A DNA stretch of 63,232 nt, counting the filler, from Collodictyon triciliatum (Eukaryota), in NCBI GenBank assembly GCA_043381765.1. It is 6 parts of 6 records of this genome, joined end to end, with 100 filler letters (N's around TTAATTAATTAA, not from the genome) between each part and the next. Parts side by side here need not be neighbours in the genome. Positions count along the whole stretch, not along the records: positions 1 to 18,666 come from JBHJMP010000060.1; positions 18,767 to 26,575 come from JBHJMP010000061.1; 4 more parts are not named here. One strand, given 5' to 3'. Positions 13,155 to 26,631 of the stretch are shown piece by piece. Below the pieces are notes generated by a model. The model did no database searches, was not told where the DNA came from, and saw only the letters and a list, made by a program, of their open reading frames with translations. Each line of letters begins with the position of its first letter. Within the stretch, counting starts at the first letter, position 1. The position numbers and the translations under genes are program-made.

Positions 13155-16100
13155 TCAAATGTGGAACGGAGAAGCGGAAATCCACATCTGGAGATAGAGG
13201 TGTTTGTCGCAGGGCGGAGTGCGCATTTTTTTTTGATTCCACAAAACTAATTTATTCTTGAGACTAGAAGCGCGCTGCAGATGGGGTTTCTCGTTGTGGA
13301 GATAGTTACACAGCTTATGTACAGCAGATTGCAGAGTCACTCAGTCATCGTATACCTCGTATGTCTGCTTTCCGACATTGACGATAGACATGAGCCCACC
13401 TTTGACTGCGGCAGGCGGCGGCTGATTATTATCATTATGATTATGATTATTTTGGAAAAGAAGAAAAAAGGGAGAAAATCGTTTGGAAAGATTGTTCAGG
13501 ATATTGAAGTCGGCATCGCGTTGGCAATGCTAAAGAAATTCGGGGTTTAAGGAAGCAGGATAAATTCTCTAATCACCTGCCCAGTGTAAACATGATTGCT
13601 TAGACGCTTCTGTGCTCTTTTTTTTTTTAAAAAATGTAAAATGTCAATGAAAATCACTTTAAATAGTGCAAAAACCTCATCGCACCAACAGGAATAATTT
13701 TTAATCGATTTGCTTTATAGTATATCAAAAATCTGCTGCCAATTTAAATACTCACTCGTTGCTCACGTATTTAGAATCAATCTGGTTCAACCATTTCAGC
13801 ATGACTCTGTCGCGCTCTAAGGGGCAGCATAATGGCTGGCTTAGATAACATAAATAGATGCGTGCAACATGTTTGCGAATAGAGCTGATAAGTAGATGGA
13901 AAAGAAAGATTCTATGCATCGATTTATAAAACCTCTCTTGAGCTTTCGATGCTTTTTCTGTCTCTCTTGAAGAATGTAGTTTGCCTTACCCATAGCAGTT
14001 AAATGGTCTGGATTAAAACCATCTGAATGAAAGATATGTGTTTTGTTTTATTGGATTTTTTTTAAAATGATTTGCAAACTTAGAAAACGATTCTGATTGC
14101 GAAAGGCATTTACGTAATCAAATGCCCATGCAAAGAGAAAAAATTGGCTCGTGTAAAAAAAATATACAAAGGCGTGCTGTTCTTGAGTCACCTTCCTTTG
14201 AGTCCGAACTGAGAAAGGAGAACGACGAATCATCAGAATCTTCATCAGGCGAATAAGAGGCCGGTTTTCTGCTTCCATTTCTCTGAGATTTACTAGAGCG
14301 ACTGTTACCTGTTCCGGAATCAAAATCAGTGCTGCTCTTATTTCTTCTCCATTCCGATGCGATGTCGTCCTTTGCCTTCTGAAGAGATAAATTATATATG
14401 TCATCAAAAGAAAGGGGTGATAATCAAAGAAATCCAAAGACTGAGATTGGTTGGATCTGCCTTTTGTTTTCATTAGTCCTTTTACTTTTAAATTAAGCAC
14501 CCTTGTATGAGGTTGGCTTTACGTTATGATTTCCAAAGATTGGGGGAAGCGTAATTGGTGCAATTCGTTGGATAGACACAAGCTTTTGCACGTCTTGTTG
14601 TTTCCTAGAAAAAATCCAATACTTCAGCAGGTGACACTCATTCATGCTTTTCTGACACACAAACAACCTGACGAAAAGAAATAATTGCATGTCGATTTTT
14701 TTGCCTGTCAAATTATAATTTTTTTAAAAAAATAACCTAATTGGAGGAAACATCGAAGAAGGTGTTCGTAATCCATCCTTTGATTTCAGATGCATCTCTG
14801 TCGGTGGAGCAGGAGCAGAATAGACTCGAGACAGCTTTTGCTGTGCTTCCCTAAAATTTGTTTAAAGTGGTGAAGAAGCAAGAAATAAGTTTCCAAAAAT
14901 ACATTTTCTACTTCACTATATATTATCTGTGGAAGAGAAATATGTTTGGTGAAAATACAATAAGTGATTAGAATACCATCCAGCGGTGTGCGGTGTGGCA
15001 TATTTTCCGTTCCTCATTTCATTGAGCGATTTGGATGGTGATACTTTGGAATATCCTTGAGCCCCAAGATTCTTATTGGGATAATTGTATTACAACCTTG
15101 TCAAGTATATGATTATGGCCAGATTTATTTTGCTTTTTAAACAATTAACGCTACATGCTCTGAAGAGATGAATTTTTTCAAATCAATAAAATATCAAATA
15201 AAAGCGTCAATTTATACTGTATATCCTGATTTATATTTCATGGGAGCTCCTTTGGTTGACTCAAATGTATTGGGCGAATGTTTGTATATACTGTCCTTTG
15301 TAAAAGATATTGAGGAACGCTAGAGTGACAATGTGTCAGTAATGAAGCTGTTGTCTAGACGATGGCGCATCATTCTTGAATCAAGCCTAAAAATTGGAAC
15401 CAAGATGCACGTAAAGAAATACCTTTGTATGACGGCTTAACGGACTTTCTATTCCCTCTAATCGACTGGATAGGCTTGGATATTGCATATTCTCCTATTA
15501 TTAGAACCAGAATCATATATTTATCGTTTCTCAATACATATTTGGTATGTATATGATTTCGTGGGCGTGAACACGTATTTTTAGACCCACTGACTCACAT
15601 TCTGTTTCGAGGATATGTTTGTGGATGCCAATATTGTGATGGGTCCTTCATGCTGCTGGCTCGGGTCAAATCTGAAGATGTTTGGATGACGGAATAAGAA
15701 TCCACCTCAACTTTTCTGAGAACTTGTTTCAAAAAATGAACTGAATAAGAAGCCAAAGATATCACGAAGCAAACGATTCGACAGGCGGGTCCTCAAAAGG
15801 CATTTCAGCTTTGAGTGGCGTTATTGGCTTCAGTACAGTATGTTTGTTCATGTTTGATAGAAAAGCGTCTGTGTGATCCTTAAAAAGCAATTGATAGTAG
15901 TTTTCCTGGACAAAAAGTACCTTAGAGTATGTAATAACAAAAAAATTTTTTTTTATTATGATGGGGTAGATATGAGGTTGATTTGATTTTTCAGAAACCG
16001 ACTTGGATGCTACGAAAATCCTTTTCGTCTTCGCTGGCAGGCTGCTGATAATTCTGCGAGTCAGACTTATTTGATCTCTATATAATTATAATTATTTTTT

Positions 16101-17636
16101 TAAAATGATTAACCGGATGAAGTAAAAATTATTCGTGATGCCATTTTTGAATGACTAAGAGATAACAAACTTTGGACGTTGGAGTCGACGAGACAGTGTG
16201 ACTTTTTATATATCTTTCATTCGCATTCTTATGGGTTGATATACTTGAGGTTGTTTGACTACTGTGAATCTTTGGTGATGGGTCACTCAGAGATGATGGC
16301 GAAAGTGTGCCACTAAATGAAAATCTAGTCTTTCTCTCTTGGATATACTCATCTGGGATAGACGACGTCCTTGTCTCGACTGCCTCCTTTTTTGGCAAAG
16401 TAGCTGCATTTCCTTTTATCCCTACTTCTATGGAAGATGTCTAAAACAGGTCATAGTTATTACAGCATCAAATTCAGCCTGTATATAAAGAGAAGTAAGT
16501 GGAAAGGAAAAGACATTTATGCGGCATATTTAATTCTTCATCTATTTTAGAAGGTGCGAAAACTAATATCGAATACTTTTACCTTTTGACTTTGACGAAG
16601 CTTCTTTCTTATTTCTGGAGGGGTTTCGGGAACCATGGGTACTGTTTTTTGGGCTTAAAAAAATTAAAAATCATTTATTCATCAAATAAACATCGAATGT
16701 ATCTATAAGCCTTGTGGCGAGCAAGCACTATAATAATATTTTTGTTGTATAACTTTGAATCGAATAAAGGAAAAAAAAATATTTTTGTTGTATACAAGGT
16801 CAAACCTATGGCCTCCATACGAGGTGTGACAAGAATATTCGATGGAACGGCCTCATCTAGCTCATTCGATGCAGTGAGCTTTACAAAATCATCCGGTTCG
16901 TTCACTCTTGCGGGTTGTGTTGCAGCATTATGTTCTGTAGATAATACGCCATGACTCTTTCTTCCAGCAACCAAACTAAATCCCCCTGTGGATGATTTTA
17001 GCGGACTATTTTGAGATGAAGCCACCATGCTATTCTCATTTAAAGGTTGACTGATAGCAGAGCTCGAGTTATATTCAGCTTCGGGTACATCTTCTGTCTC
17101 ACTTTCTGATAGAGCCGCTTTGATTGCCTGTGCGTATTGTTCTCTCAGCAAACCTGTGTCTATAGAAACAGGGTTATGAGATGCCTTGTGTTCGTTTGGG
17201 TCATGTTGCGACTCGATGTTGCTATGTGCGGCAATTTTTTCATCGGGATTTTCTTGGTTGTCTTCTTCATTTCTCTCAGCATGGTCCTCTTCGTCTTGTT
17301 GATGGTCCGATTCCTCGTACGGATCCACTTCTTGGTTATCCTCTTCGCTGTATGGTACATCTTCATCATAATACTCTTCATCATGCTGCTCCTCTTCGCC
17401 ATATGGGGTGTCTTCTTGATTATCTTGTCCAGGATAGTCCTCATTTCCCTCGTAATATTCGTCATCGTGCTTCTCCTCCTCTTCATACTGGTCTGTTTCG
17501 TCATAGTCTCCTGGTTCTCGACTATTTTCAGTATCTTCGTTCTTTCGCTCGATATCTTGAGATTCATTCGGGGAGTAAGCCCCTTCACTGGGGTCGCGAA
17601 CGTCCGCGTATCGATCGGGTCCTCTTTCGATTTCCA
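13155..17636 (-). CDS. Hypothetical large multi-exon protein with acidic low-complexity N-terminus
   Basis: Long D/E/Y-rich open exon at ~16800-17636 plus downstream exon-like blocks such as GKANYILQERQKKHRKLKR and LERDRVMLKWLNQIDSKY. Boundaries approximate. Confidence 0.5.
16735..16794 (+). mobile_element. Family A micro-retroposon ACTTTGAATCGAATAAAGG(A)n with 17-bp TSD
   Basis: AATATTTTTGTTGTATA occurs at 16735-16751 and 16778-16794, flanking the insert 16752-16777. Confidence 0.85.
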
Positions 17637-18580
17637 TCGGCAGAATATACTAAAGAATAGCCTTTATTGAAACAATTTTTCCTTTTGTAAAAAAAAAAAG
17701 AATTGAATTCTGACAACTGCCCCTTCAAGCCAAACAGAGGTTCTGTGATTATTCAAGTAGCTTCCTTTTTTTATTTTAAACAATGATTAGAAAAGATAGA
17801 TTTTCTAAGAGGCGCTTAATTATATTCTGAATGAGGCATTCCTGTTTTTTTTCTATTGATTTATGTACATTTTGTTTAAGCGAGCATTTTATCAAAAAAA
17901 TATTGTTTGTTTGCACTGAATGACAAGTAGATTTTTTCCTATATGAAAACTGTTTTTTTTTTTTCTGTTTCAGCTTTTCGGTGCTTCATGATGTCATTTC
18001 ATTCATCTTGTTTTGCTGGTCTCTTTTCATAATTTTCCTGGGCATAATCGGCTCCCCAAATCATGTATTGTCTATTTGGACACATTTAAAAGAGATGAAC
18101 AATGAGCGATGTACATTAGTCTTTGCCCAACTATCTTTGTCCATGTACAAGAGGACGGTGTGAATATTTCGTTTCATTAGTATCTGTGCCCTTTTCCTCA
18201 TTCCTTTTTTCTTTTTCTCTTTAATGCAATACTTTATGAAAATAACAACACTAATTCTATATTTACTAAATGACTTTCGAGCAACCTAGCTGCTTGTTGA
18301 ATACAATAAAAAAAAAACAACAAAAAAAAAGGTGATGAAAGCGGCTGCTCAAAAACATATGGTACGTGTGAAACATGCCCTTTTCTTACAACAGCTACAA
18401 CGACTGCAGAACAATATTTCTCTTCGCATTTTTTTTTTTTACTGGCACTGGACAAGGGTGTGCAGACGATCTCCACAAGAAAAGGAGTTGATCTCATTTC
18501 CAATTCTGCGGGGTTTTCTTTTTCTTTTTAACTTTTTTTTTTTTACTCTTTTTAGTTTTTTCTTTTTTATTTTTTTTACT

Positions 18581-18666
<86 letters not shown>

Positions 18667-18710
18667 NNNNNNNNNNNNNNNNNNNNNNNNNNNNNNNNNN
18701 NNNNNNNNNN

Positions 18711-18722
18711 TTAATTAATTAA
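18711..18722. other. Artificial contig linker TTAATTAATTAA in N run
   Basis: All-frame stop spacer flanked by Ns, repeated identically at five sites. Confidence 0.97.
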
Positions 18723-18767
18723 NNNNNNNNNNNNNNNNNNNNNNNNNNNNNNNNNNNNNNNNNNNNT

Positions 18768-19047
18768 TGGAACTTCACACACCAAAGACAGTCCGAGCAA
18801 GCAGGAGCGTATGTTTCTAAAACCACAAACGCGTATCCATACTCCGGTTAAGCAAAGTCCACTGCTGGCTACGCATGGTTCCGAAACCAGGGGACGGTCA
18901 AGCACCACTCCCGATAATACCAGACAAACAACGATGTATCGCTTTTTGTCAGAATTATCCAGCAAGAAACGCAAGGAAAGTGACCCGTTGTCCCTCAAAA
19001 AACTCATCCTGTGGAATGAAATAGGATGTAAACTTTGTCTGAGTTAG
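18768..19047 (+). CDS. 3' fragment of a hypothetical gene with PIP-box-like motif
   Basis: Open frame near the contig edge containing QTTMYRFL followed by KKRK. Confidence 0.35.
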
Positions 19048-19296
19048 ATGGTTGAAAGGACTCGTCGGAATCAATTTTAGAAGTAACTGCCATGTACGTA
19101 CTTTCATCGACCCGACAACTTTCATCTGCTCTTCTGTCAGTCTCGAATACAACCAGAAATCGCGTTGAATTACAATCACTCGAATCAGAGGAAACCGCAC
19201 ACAAGACTTTTGATCATTGTTCAAGATTGCGAAAGTTCTTTTCTTTATCAGTCCAGCCAAAGTGGCACAACGCAGGCGCCATAGGGACCGGACAGC

Positions 19297-20965
19297 CTAC
19301 TTTGTATCCAAAACAGACACTCCACTGAACAGAGGATCTGATATGATATCGAGGATGTGACATGCCGTTGTGTCGTCGTGGTGGCAGACATAGTCACGCA
19401 GCTGGTCGATGGCAAGAGCCCTCTCCTCTGCAGGTTTGGACTGGAGGTCTTGGACTCCTTCAAGCACTTGCTTTCTCTTTCCAAGAACAGATAGTTTACT
19501 TTCATCCAACCCTGCATCCAAAGACCCCATAACCTCGTATATCTTGAGGGGCTCTGTCCTGGGTATATAGATGAGGCAATATCAAAAATAATAATAATTT
19601 TTTTCAAAGAGCCAGAGAACAAATAAGCAACACCATCACACAATATATAAAAAACCCCCATAAGCAACATCAAAGAAAAAAATGCATCAGATTCTCGCTT
19701 CATGAGACGAGAAAAGAAAATGAAGTAAAAGGAGGTTGCATAGACTAAACGCTTCACCTTCCTTTCACCGCAACTGTCTCTAGTGGCCGACAAATAAAAA
19801 GGTTTTTGATGCGTTCGTACGTCACATCACTGACGATGATTTCGGTCCCGTACCGTTTGTTCAGCCCTTCTAATCTGTACAAGAAACCACTCGCATTTCA
19901 GAGCGAAGGTTGCGGGGATAACATCGCACCACTTTATTTATTAAAGGACATATTTTAAAGAAAATAAAATCCACGTGATATTTACCTGGAAGCAAGATTC
20001 ACTGCATCACCCACCGCTCCATACTTCATTCGGCTTTTTGACCCGATGTTTCCAACGAGTACCTCACCTGTGTGAATCCCAATTCGCATCTCCAATGGGT
20101 CACGAATAAAGCCTCTCGAAATCCAATCGGCATTCAAAGTTTTGAGGGCGTCCTGGTCATCAACATAATCAATTCCAATTCAAACACACTCGTGATGTAA
20201 AAGGTTAGGTATGACATTCTGCTTTCAGCCTACTACTTCTTAACGCACATATGCTCATATCTAAAGAATTGAAACTTTAGGCATGGGCAAAGAAGGTTAC
20301 TATACCATCTGCCGAAGTGCCGTTTTTATAGCTCGCGACTCATGGAAAGGCACTGGCACTGGTGAGTTCCAGAATGACTAACATAGTCAGACTTAGTATT
20401 GAAATGTACTTGACAACTTAGTTCTTTGCAAGGAGATAATGTTTACACAAGTTGGTTGATATATTGGTAATATTATTCACTAATATTTGGTTAGTCACTT
20501 CGCTAATAAAATAGATGAAAAAAGAGAAAATTCTGACCATTATCCCATCTCCAATAAAGTCACAAATGACTCCATCGGACTCTGATACTAGCGAGCTCAT
20601 TATTTCCAAATATTCAGACAGCAAGGTCAGAAGCACATCAATTGGTAATGATTCTGCAAGCGATGTAAATCCTTTCAAATCTGAGTTAAGGAATGGAAAA
20701 AATCAGTCTTTTTGTTTTTTAACCTTTTATTCATCATTTAAATATCTCATTAAGCTCTCAACAGAGCCCGGCGAAACATCAGATAGATAAGCAAATGTAG
20801 TAAAAATAATCCAATTCACCAGAAAACATAATGGTCAATATCTTTCGCTCCACATAAAGGTCATTAGCTATATTGATGTTCTTCATGATTCGCTTGACAA
20901 CCACCAATGGTACGAACTTTCCAAATGATTGAAGAGCGGCATTCATCTTCTACATATATATATAC

Positions 20966-20998
<33 letters not shown>

Positions 20999-23900
20999 TG
21001 TATGTATGTATGTATGTATGTATGTATGTATGTATGTATGTATGTATGTATGTATGTATGTNNNNNNNNNNNNNNNTGAATATATGGTTAGTTTACAAAA
21101 AAAAGAGACTCTGACCTTTTGGCTGTGATTGAAATTGAGATGTGAGATTTGCACCATTGCAGCTGCTATGTCTTTGAGAGGCCTTTAAATGTGGAAAATG
21201 GCAGAAAGATAAAGGAAATGGTTAATACCCAATAAAAAAAAAAGCAACAATAAATGAATTCAAATTGATATGAATATTAATGCTATGAAGTTGATATCTG
21301 GATAGAGCATTATGAATACATAATTTTCATATAAAATATTCAGGACAAATATATATTGCCTTGTAATGTAAACTGAAAAGAAGAAAAGAGCAATCTCAAA
21401 TCCTCCAATCAAAGAAAAGACGTATGCCATCGTTGTCCACCGAGTTTTTTGAATGTCAGAGAAGTATACAGAAGTTGGAATCAGACTGCATATAGTCCAC
21501 TCGAGGCCATCTCTCTTGAGAACGGATATGCTAATCATAAACTCTACTCCGTCGATCTGATACCATTTAGAAAAAGTGTTTAATAAAAGTGTGCAAATAT
21601 GGCGTATATCAAATTAGATAGAAAGAGGGTTAGCTTACGTCCTTAATTGTAGTGACTACTCTTGACACTTCTATTGAAATGGTATTCAGTTGATTGGAAA
21701 TGATTTTTGAAATAATATTTTAAATAATTGAGACATGCTTATTGAAGGTCATCAATGTAAGGAATGGTTTCATGTCAAACTGTAAGAATATGTACAACTC
21801 GGTTGAGAAAATAATTTATTTAAATATCGCACCTTGTTTTCGTGATTTTAGGAGTTTAGAGACCTCCTTTGTGATACTGTTGTCAAAATCATCAATCTTG
21901 CGTGCAAATGCATCCCCACTACATTTTGATGAGCCTGGAGTACATCCTATGGGGTCTAGATAAAGCGAGCTTCCAATCAAATGGCCTTGCTTATCTACTA
22001 CGATGATGTCGAGCTCTTTTTGTTCGTGGGACTTTCGAGGAGAGCATGGGTAAAAATGGGTTTAAACAAACCATATTAAAAATTCATTATTCAGTTGAGA
22101 TAATACTCAGGCTACATAAAAAAAAAATAATTTCAAACATAAATAAAAAAATCGTTTGGTGACATTTGAATGCATCGCACATTTATTTTTGGTTTCCGAA
22201 AAAAAGTGAGAGCAATTACCCTAATATCAGAGATAATAGTGTCCACAAAACCAAGCTCAATATCAGAGCAGAGCACACCGACAAACGTGCTATCTGGTAG
22301 ATATGCACCGGAGGACCTTGAATAAGTTGTTAATGGGAGATTGAGAAAATGGTATTGTAAATTTTTGTATTTACAGCTTAAAACGATAAAAATGCAGCAT
22401 TGGCATTCAAAGACCTGGTAATCCAAAAGCGATTCTCCCAGATATACATTTCTGTCCATGTAGACTGAGACATATCTAAAGGGTCTATAATACTATACCA
22501 GAGTCCTATTCGTTTCATTACATTTGGTACATTCATTAAGACAAATGTTTCTATAATTAGTGGATAAACTGTGTGGAGTGTGAGGTTGAAAATGCCATCA
22601 ATCTTAAGAGTAAAATCAAGAGAAATCTGAAAAAAAATGTGCTTCAGAAATCACCTTGCAAATTGTTTGGATTGTGGCTTTCCCATGTGATAATTTTGAT
22701 ATCGGAAGCGTAGTTAGTTGAGTATTCTGTAGTTGTATCGTTTATTGTCTCCCATATACCGTAGTTCATAGACTTTTAGAATGATAGAAAATATTAAGTG
22801 AATTAAAACTCTACTTCGGTTAAATGACTTCTATAATCGGACCTATTTAGCTTACAATATCAGAAAACTTTGAATTTTTCATTTTAAATCCATTTACCAT
22901 TGGCTATATAAAGTGTCCCCAGAGCTCCCCTTTGGTTGTAGTTATTGTCGCCGTGGATGAAGACCTTTTCATGCCCACCAAATTAAAATAATTAAAATGA
23001 TGAAAAAAAAATTGAATTCGAGAATCTAACGTAGGGCTTATATACCTGAAAGTTCTGACTTCACTCCAAAATATTTTCATGAGGGATGCCATATCCTATT
23101 TTAAATTTATAAGGAAATATAATTAATTACTTTGCTATTGTTTTGTGCTTAATTAATTAGAGTTTTTGGCGCTGTTAAAGAAAAAAAGTGCTACATTATG
23201 AACCAAAGGATTGACGAGGCCTGATTCAATAATCTTTTTTATTTGTTTCTACAATATCTTCTGCACGTGTTAGCTTGTCTTCAAATGATTTAGATAAATG
23301 CAGGTGTATCTATTAGGTTTGGTAATCATTTAAGAATCTATTTTCTTCAAAGTATTAAAATTAACACAATTTAACCTTTTTATTCAATATTTATACTGTT
23401 TGATGGCTCATTCTTTCAAAAATAAGTAAAGCGCTCGAATAATTGTTTCCATACCCCCGATTGCAGGTCTCTCGATATGCTGGATATACTTTTCTCGGAT
23501 GACTGGTATGTGAGGAGCCTATTCATCCACGATAAGCATATAAAACTTAGACTACGGGTTTATTTTACTCATAATACCTTTTGAATAAGGAGTTTTTTAA
23601 AACAATATTAAGTATGTGTTTAATGAAAACAAACCAAGTTAGAGCACCCACAGTCGCCGTCGCCATAAAAAAGGACACAATAATTATAATTCTGACGGAC
23701 AGATATTTGTTTTTCCACCAATAACGCACCCCTCCAACCTTTTGGTTGTTATTCTCGACGTATTGACTCCATGCCTAGCATTTTAAAAAAAAACTGACTG
23801 AATTCGGGTTACTTCTGCAAGTATATTATGGCTTTTTAGACTCAAAAAGCCATAGAAAATTCTTTTTTTTATTTTCATCAATCGATCACCACCATCTAAA

Positions 23901-24090
23901 ATCTCTTCTATTTTCTTCCTTCATTCAATTAAAAGTATAATTCTATTTATTTTTATTTTGGGTTGTTTCATAAAAGAAATGCGTGCGAGTATTTTATCTT
24001 TTACCTATGGAAATGATGTTTTGTTCGTGTGATTAAAGAAAAACCTGAGAGGGATGGGCTTGTACTCCTTGGTCTTCAAAATCAAAATGC
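19297..24090 (-). CDS. Receptor-type class III adenylyl/guanylyl cyclase (TM-Cache-like-TM-HAMP-CHD); two apparent lesions, possibly a pseudogene
   Basis: [57 protein letters not shown] and [14 protein letters not shown] form the cyclase domain. HAMP start [12 protein letters not shown], two hydrophobic TM segments, Cache-like WY..WTEMY. 5' end approximate. Confidence 0.88.
20966..21061. repeat. (TATG)n microsatellite in cyclase intron
   Basis: Visible run. Confidence 0.95.
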
Positions 24091-24326
24091 TCCACAACTC
24101 TTACACTGTTTCATATCCCTGCCATTTTTTTTAATCGCCTGATGTTTGCTTTGTCTTTATTTTTGTCCTTTTTTTTTTTTTTTTTTTGCATACACCAGGG
24201 TACCCTTCTTTTTGCAAGGGCAAAGTTTCTAAAGCAAAGTTCTCATTATCCGTGAATTTTAAAGCAAAGCAACATAGCTTTTATCCAAACATACCTCAAC
24301 ACCAATCCACAATATTTTCAAATAAT

Positions 24327-24378
24327 AATGAAAGTGATGACTAATAGAATGAATAAAAAAACAAAATGAAAGTGATGA
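24327..24378 (+). mobile_element. Short A-tailed insertion (..AATAGAATGAATAAAAAAA) with 14-bp direct repeats, possible third family
   Basis: AATGAAAGTGATGA at 24327-24340 and 24365-24378. Confidence 0.5.
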
Positions 24379-25505
24379 TGATGGAGGGAAAGCCTCATTC
24401 ACAGAATGGTTCTGGCACACAACTAACAAAGGTTCCAAACTAAAATGCCTGCTCGATCATAAACCACCATAGCAACGGATTTCATCCCGATTCTACCAGC
24501 CACACACTTTGGGATGACAGATTTTTTTTGTCGATTGATTTTTGACATTTTGTCCAAACCTGCGATTAGTGGGCAGTCTTTTCTCGTGCAATAAAATGCA
24601 TGTGAGAGAAAAAAAAGAATAGGTTTATATTCAGAACGACAGGGTATGTGTCTTTGTTTGAATAAATCAGCACATGAGGCTATTTACTATGTTGCGCACA
24701 TGATGTAGCATGATGTGGGTAGAAGCAGGATAGAAAGACCGGTTTGGAAGTATCGATGAAAATATTTTTATCTGACTTTGATAAATCAATAGTATCCCCT
24801 GGTTACTTTGGAGCGCAGAGCTATCATCGAGCGATGAAAAGACTTTCCTCTTGATTCGCTACAGAAGATTCATATTCCCCAAATTGAAACTCACCAGGCG
24901 AAAAATATAATTTTGGCTAGTAAGGAAGGACTTTATAATTTTTTTTAGTCCGAGTGTGTGTTTTCGCCAGCATGAATGGTTCATCATGTCGATTAAGTGT
25001 GATTTGTAGGTGGAAAATGACATGCCTGAAATGTGGAGAGGTTAGAATTCTTGAATCCAATATGATGTCATTAAGGACTACTCTATAAAATTTTCGATAG
25101 CAAGTTGGTACTTTTCAAGACCCAAATAATGACGGCTGGAGGTTTAAAATGTATATGCGACTAAGAATTGGTGCTCTACAGCCCCAAAAGCTGTATTTCT
25201 GTGAATCAAGTCTCACAACACCAGAAATTAGTTAACATTTGTGCCTACTGATACGGAGGATGCGATATTTTAGAGTTTATGTATTTTTCCTATAAGGACT
25301 GAGTAACTCATATAAGGGGCTCATCGCTTTCAAAAAAGAACATAAAAGAACATATCTCTGTGATAATTTAAGCATTTTGTGATTTTTCAGTGATGTTTAA
25401 GGATTGATTCATCCAAATTAGGATTTTGGATTGAGCCAAACCGACAAACAAAACAAATGGCATGAACGCTTTGATATCATACCAGCTGTGAGCGTCTGAC
25501 AGTTT

Positions 25506-25970
25506 TACACCGGAAAATCACTTTTCTTTATTCCATTAGTTTTTCTGAGCTTCGATATTAATTCAAAGGCGGTATTAATAGGCACCTTGGATTCACTTAA
25601 AATAAAATATTATGATGAAAGCATAGAGCCCATAAATGAGCGATTCTTTTTGACTCACGGGTAGTTTGAATAGTTTCTTTTCAAAACATGATGATAATCT
25701 GCTTCGTTTGATTTAGATAATCGACCAAATTCTTTTGGATAGCTATCTAAATTTTGCATGTAACCAGAATCGTTTTATTATTTCTAAACAATCAATTTTT
25801 ATTTTACATTAATTTCACCGATGGTGCCTAATTCTTCTACATCACCTGGAGGATTGGTTATGTGTGTGAAAAATCTTGGATTTTAACAAGCCTTCTATAA
25901 CCCGGAGTCTACAATCTTTTTCAACCAAGAGGTTTTAAAACAAGCGTTATAAGCGTCACCATCTTGTTCT
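25506..25970 (-). CDS. Hypothetical gene fragment (three spliceable exons)
   Basis: In-frame splice chain QDGDAYNACF..GTI|DSYPKEF..SNYP|ESKVPINTAFELISKLRK. No family recognised. Confidence 0.35.
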
Positions 25971-26093
25971 GTTAGATATGATAGACATATTATTTACAAT
26001 CAAGCATATTTTGCCGATATATTTTGTGTATTTATTGCTCAAATAATATGAAAATAAGATGTATAGTTGTTATACTAACGTTGATCATATATT

Positions 26094-26248
26094 ACCGATG
26101 ATTAATTTACCCTGTTACCGACTACTTCTCCGCCACCCCGCCACCAAGTAGCGTCCATGCAAACGATGGCTAGCGAACCAAAGCCAACATCTTCACCATC
26201 CTGCACAAAATTGAAAGGAAGAATAAAAAAAACCGATGATTAATTAAC
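26094..26248 (+). mobile_element. Family B retroposon 3' end, 121-nt copy with 17-bp TSD (one mismatch)
   Basis: ACCGATGATTAATT(T/A)AC at 26094-26110 and 26232-26248. GC-richer insert ends TGCACAAAATTGAAAGGAAGAATAAAAAAA. Confidence 0.85.
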
Positions 26249-26619
26249 ATAAAAAAACAAGAAAAATCTGTTTTGACAGATTTTTAGTCGTGTGATACCT
26301 TTTTATATTGTATGAATAATCTAATTTTAAGTATTGATTAATTATGATAAAACATAAATAAGGCGATGTAAATTTAGCTTTATAATTTTTCTTCAGTATT
26401 ACTTGATAATATTTATTAATTTATTTCCATCTTACTCTGACTGATATCTACGAAAAAATTCCTTGTTATTGGTTGCGCAAAAAAATACAAACATTATTAA
26501 CAACAAAAAACAAAAAACAAAAAACAAAAAACAAAAAACAAAAAACAAAAAACAAAAAACAAAAAACAAAAAACANNNNNNNNNNNNNNNNNNNNNNNNN
26601 NNNNNNNNNNNNNNNNNNN

Positions 26620-26631
26620 TTAATTAATTAA
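26620..26631. other. Artificial contig linker
   Basis: TTAATTAATTAA in Ns. Confidence 0.97.

Noticed and set aside
13422-13560. ATATCCTG and TTCCTTAAA on the minus strand as a possible U12 intron
   Set aside because: A canonical GT-AG model (exon KRLSNHVYTGQ, then intron to CAG|CCG) explains the frame.
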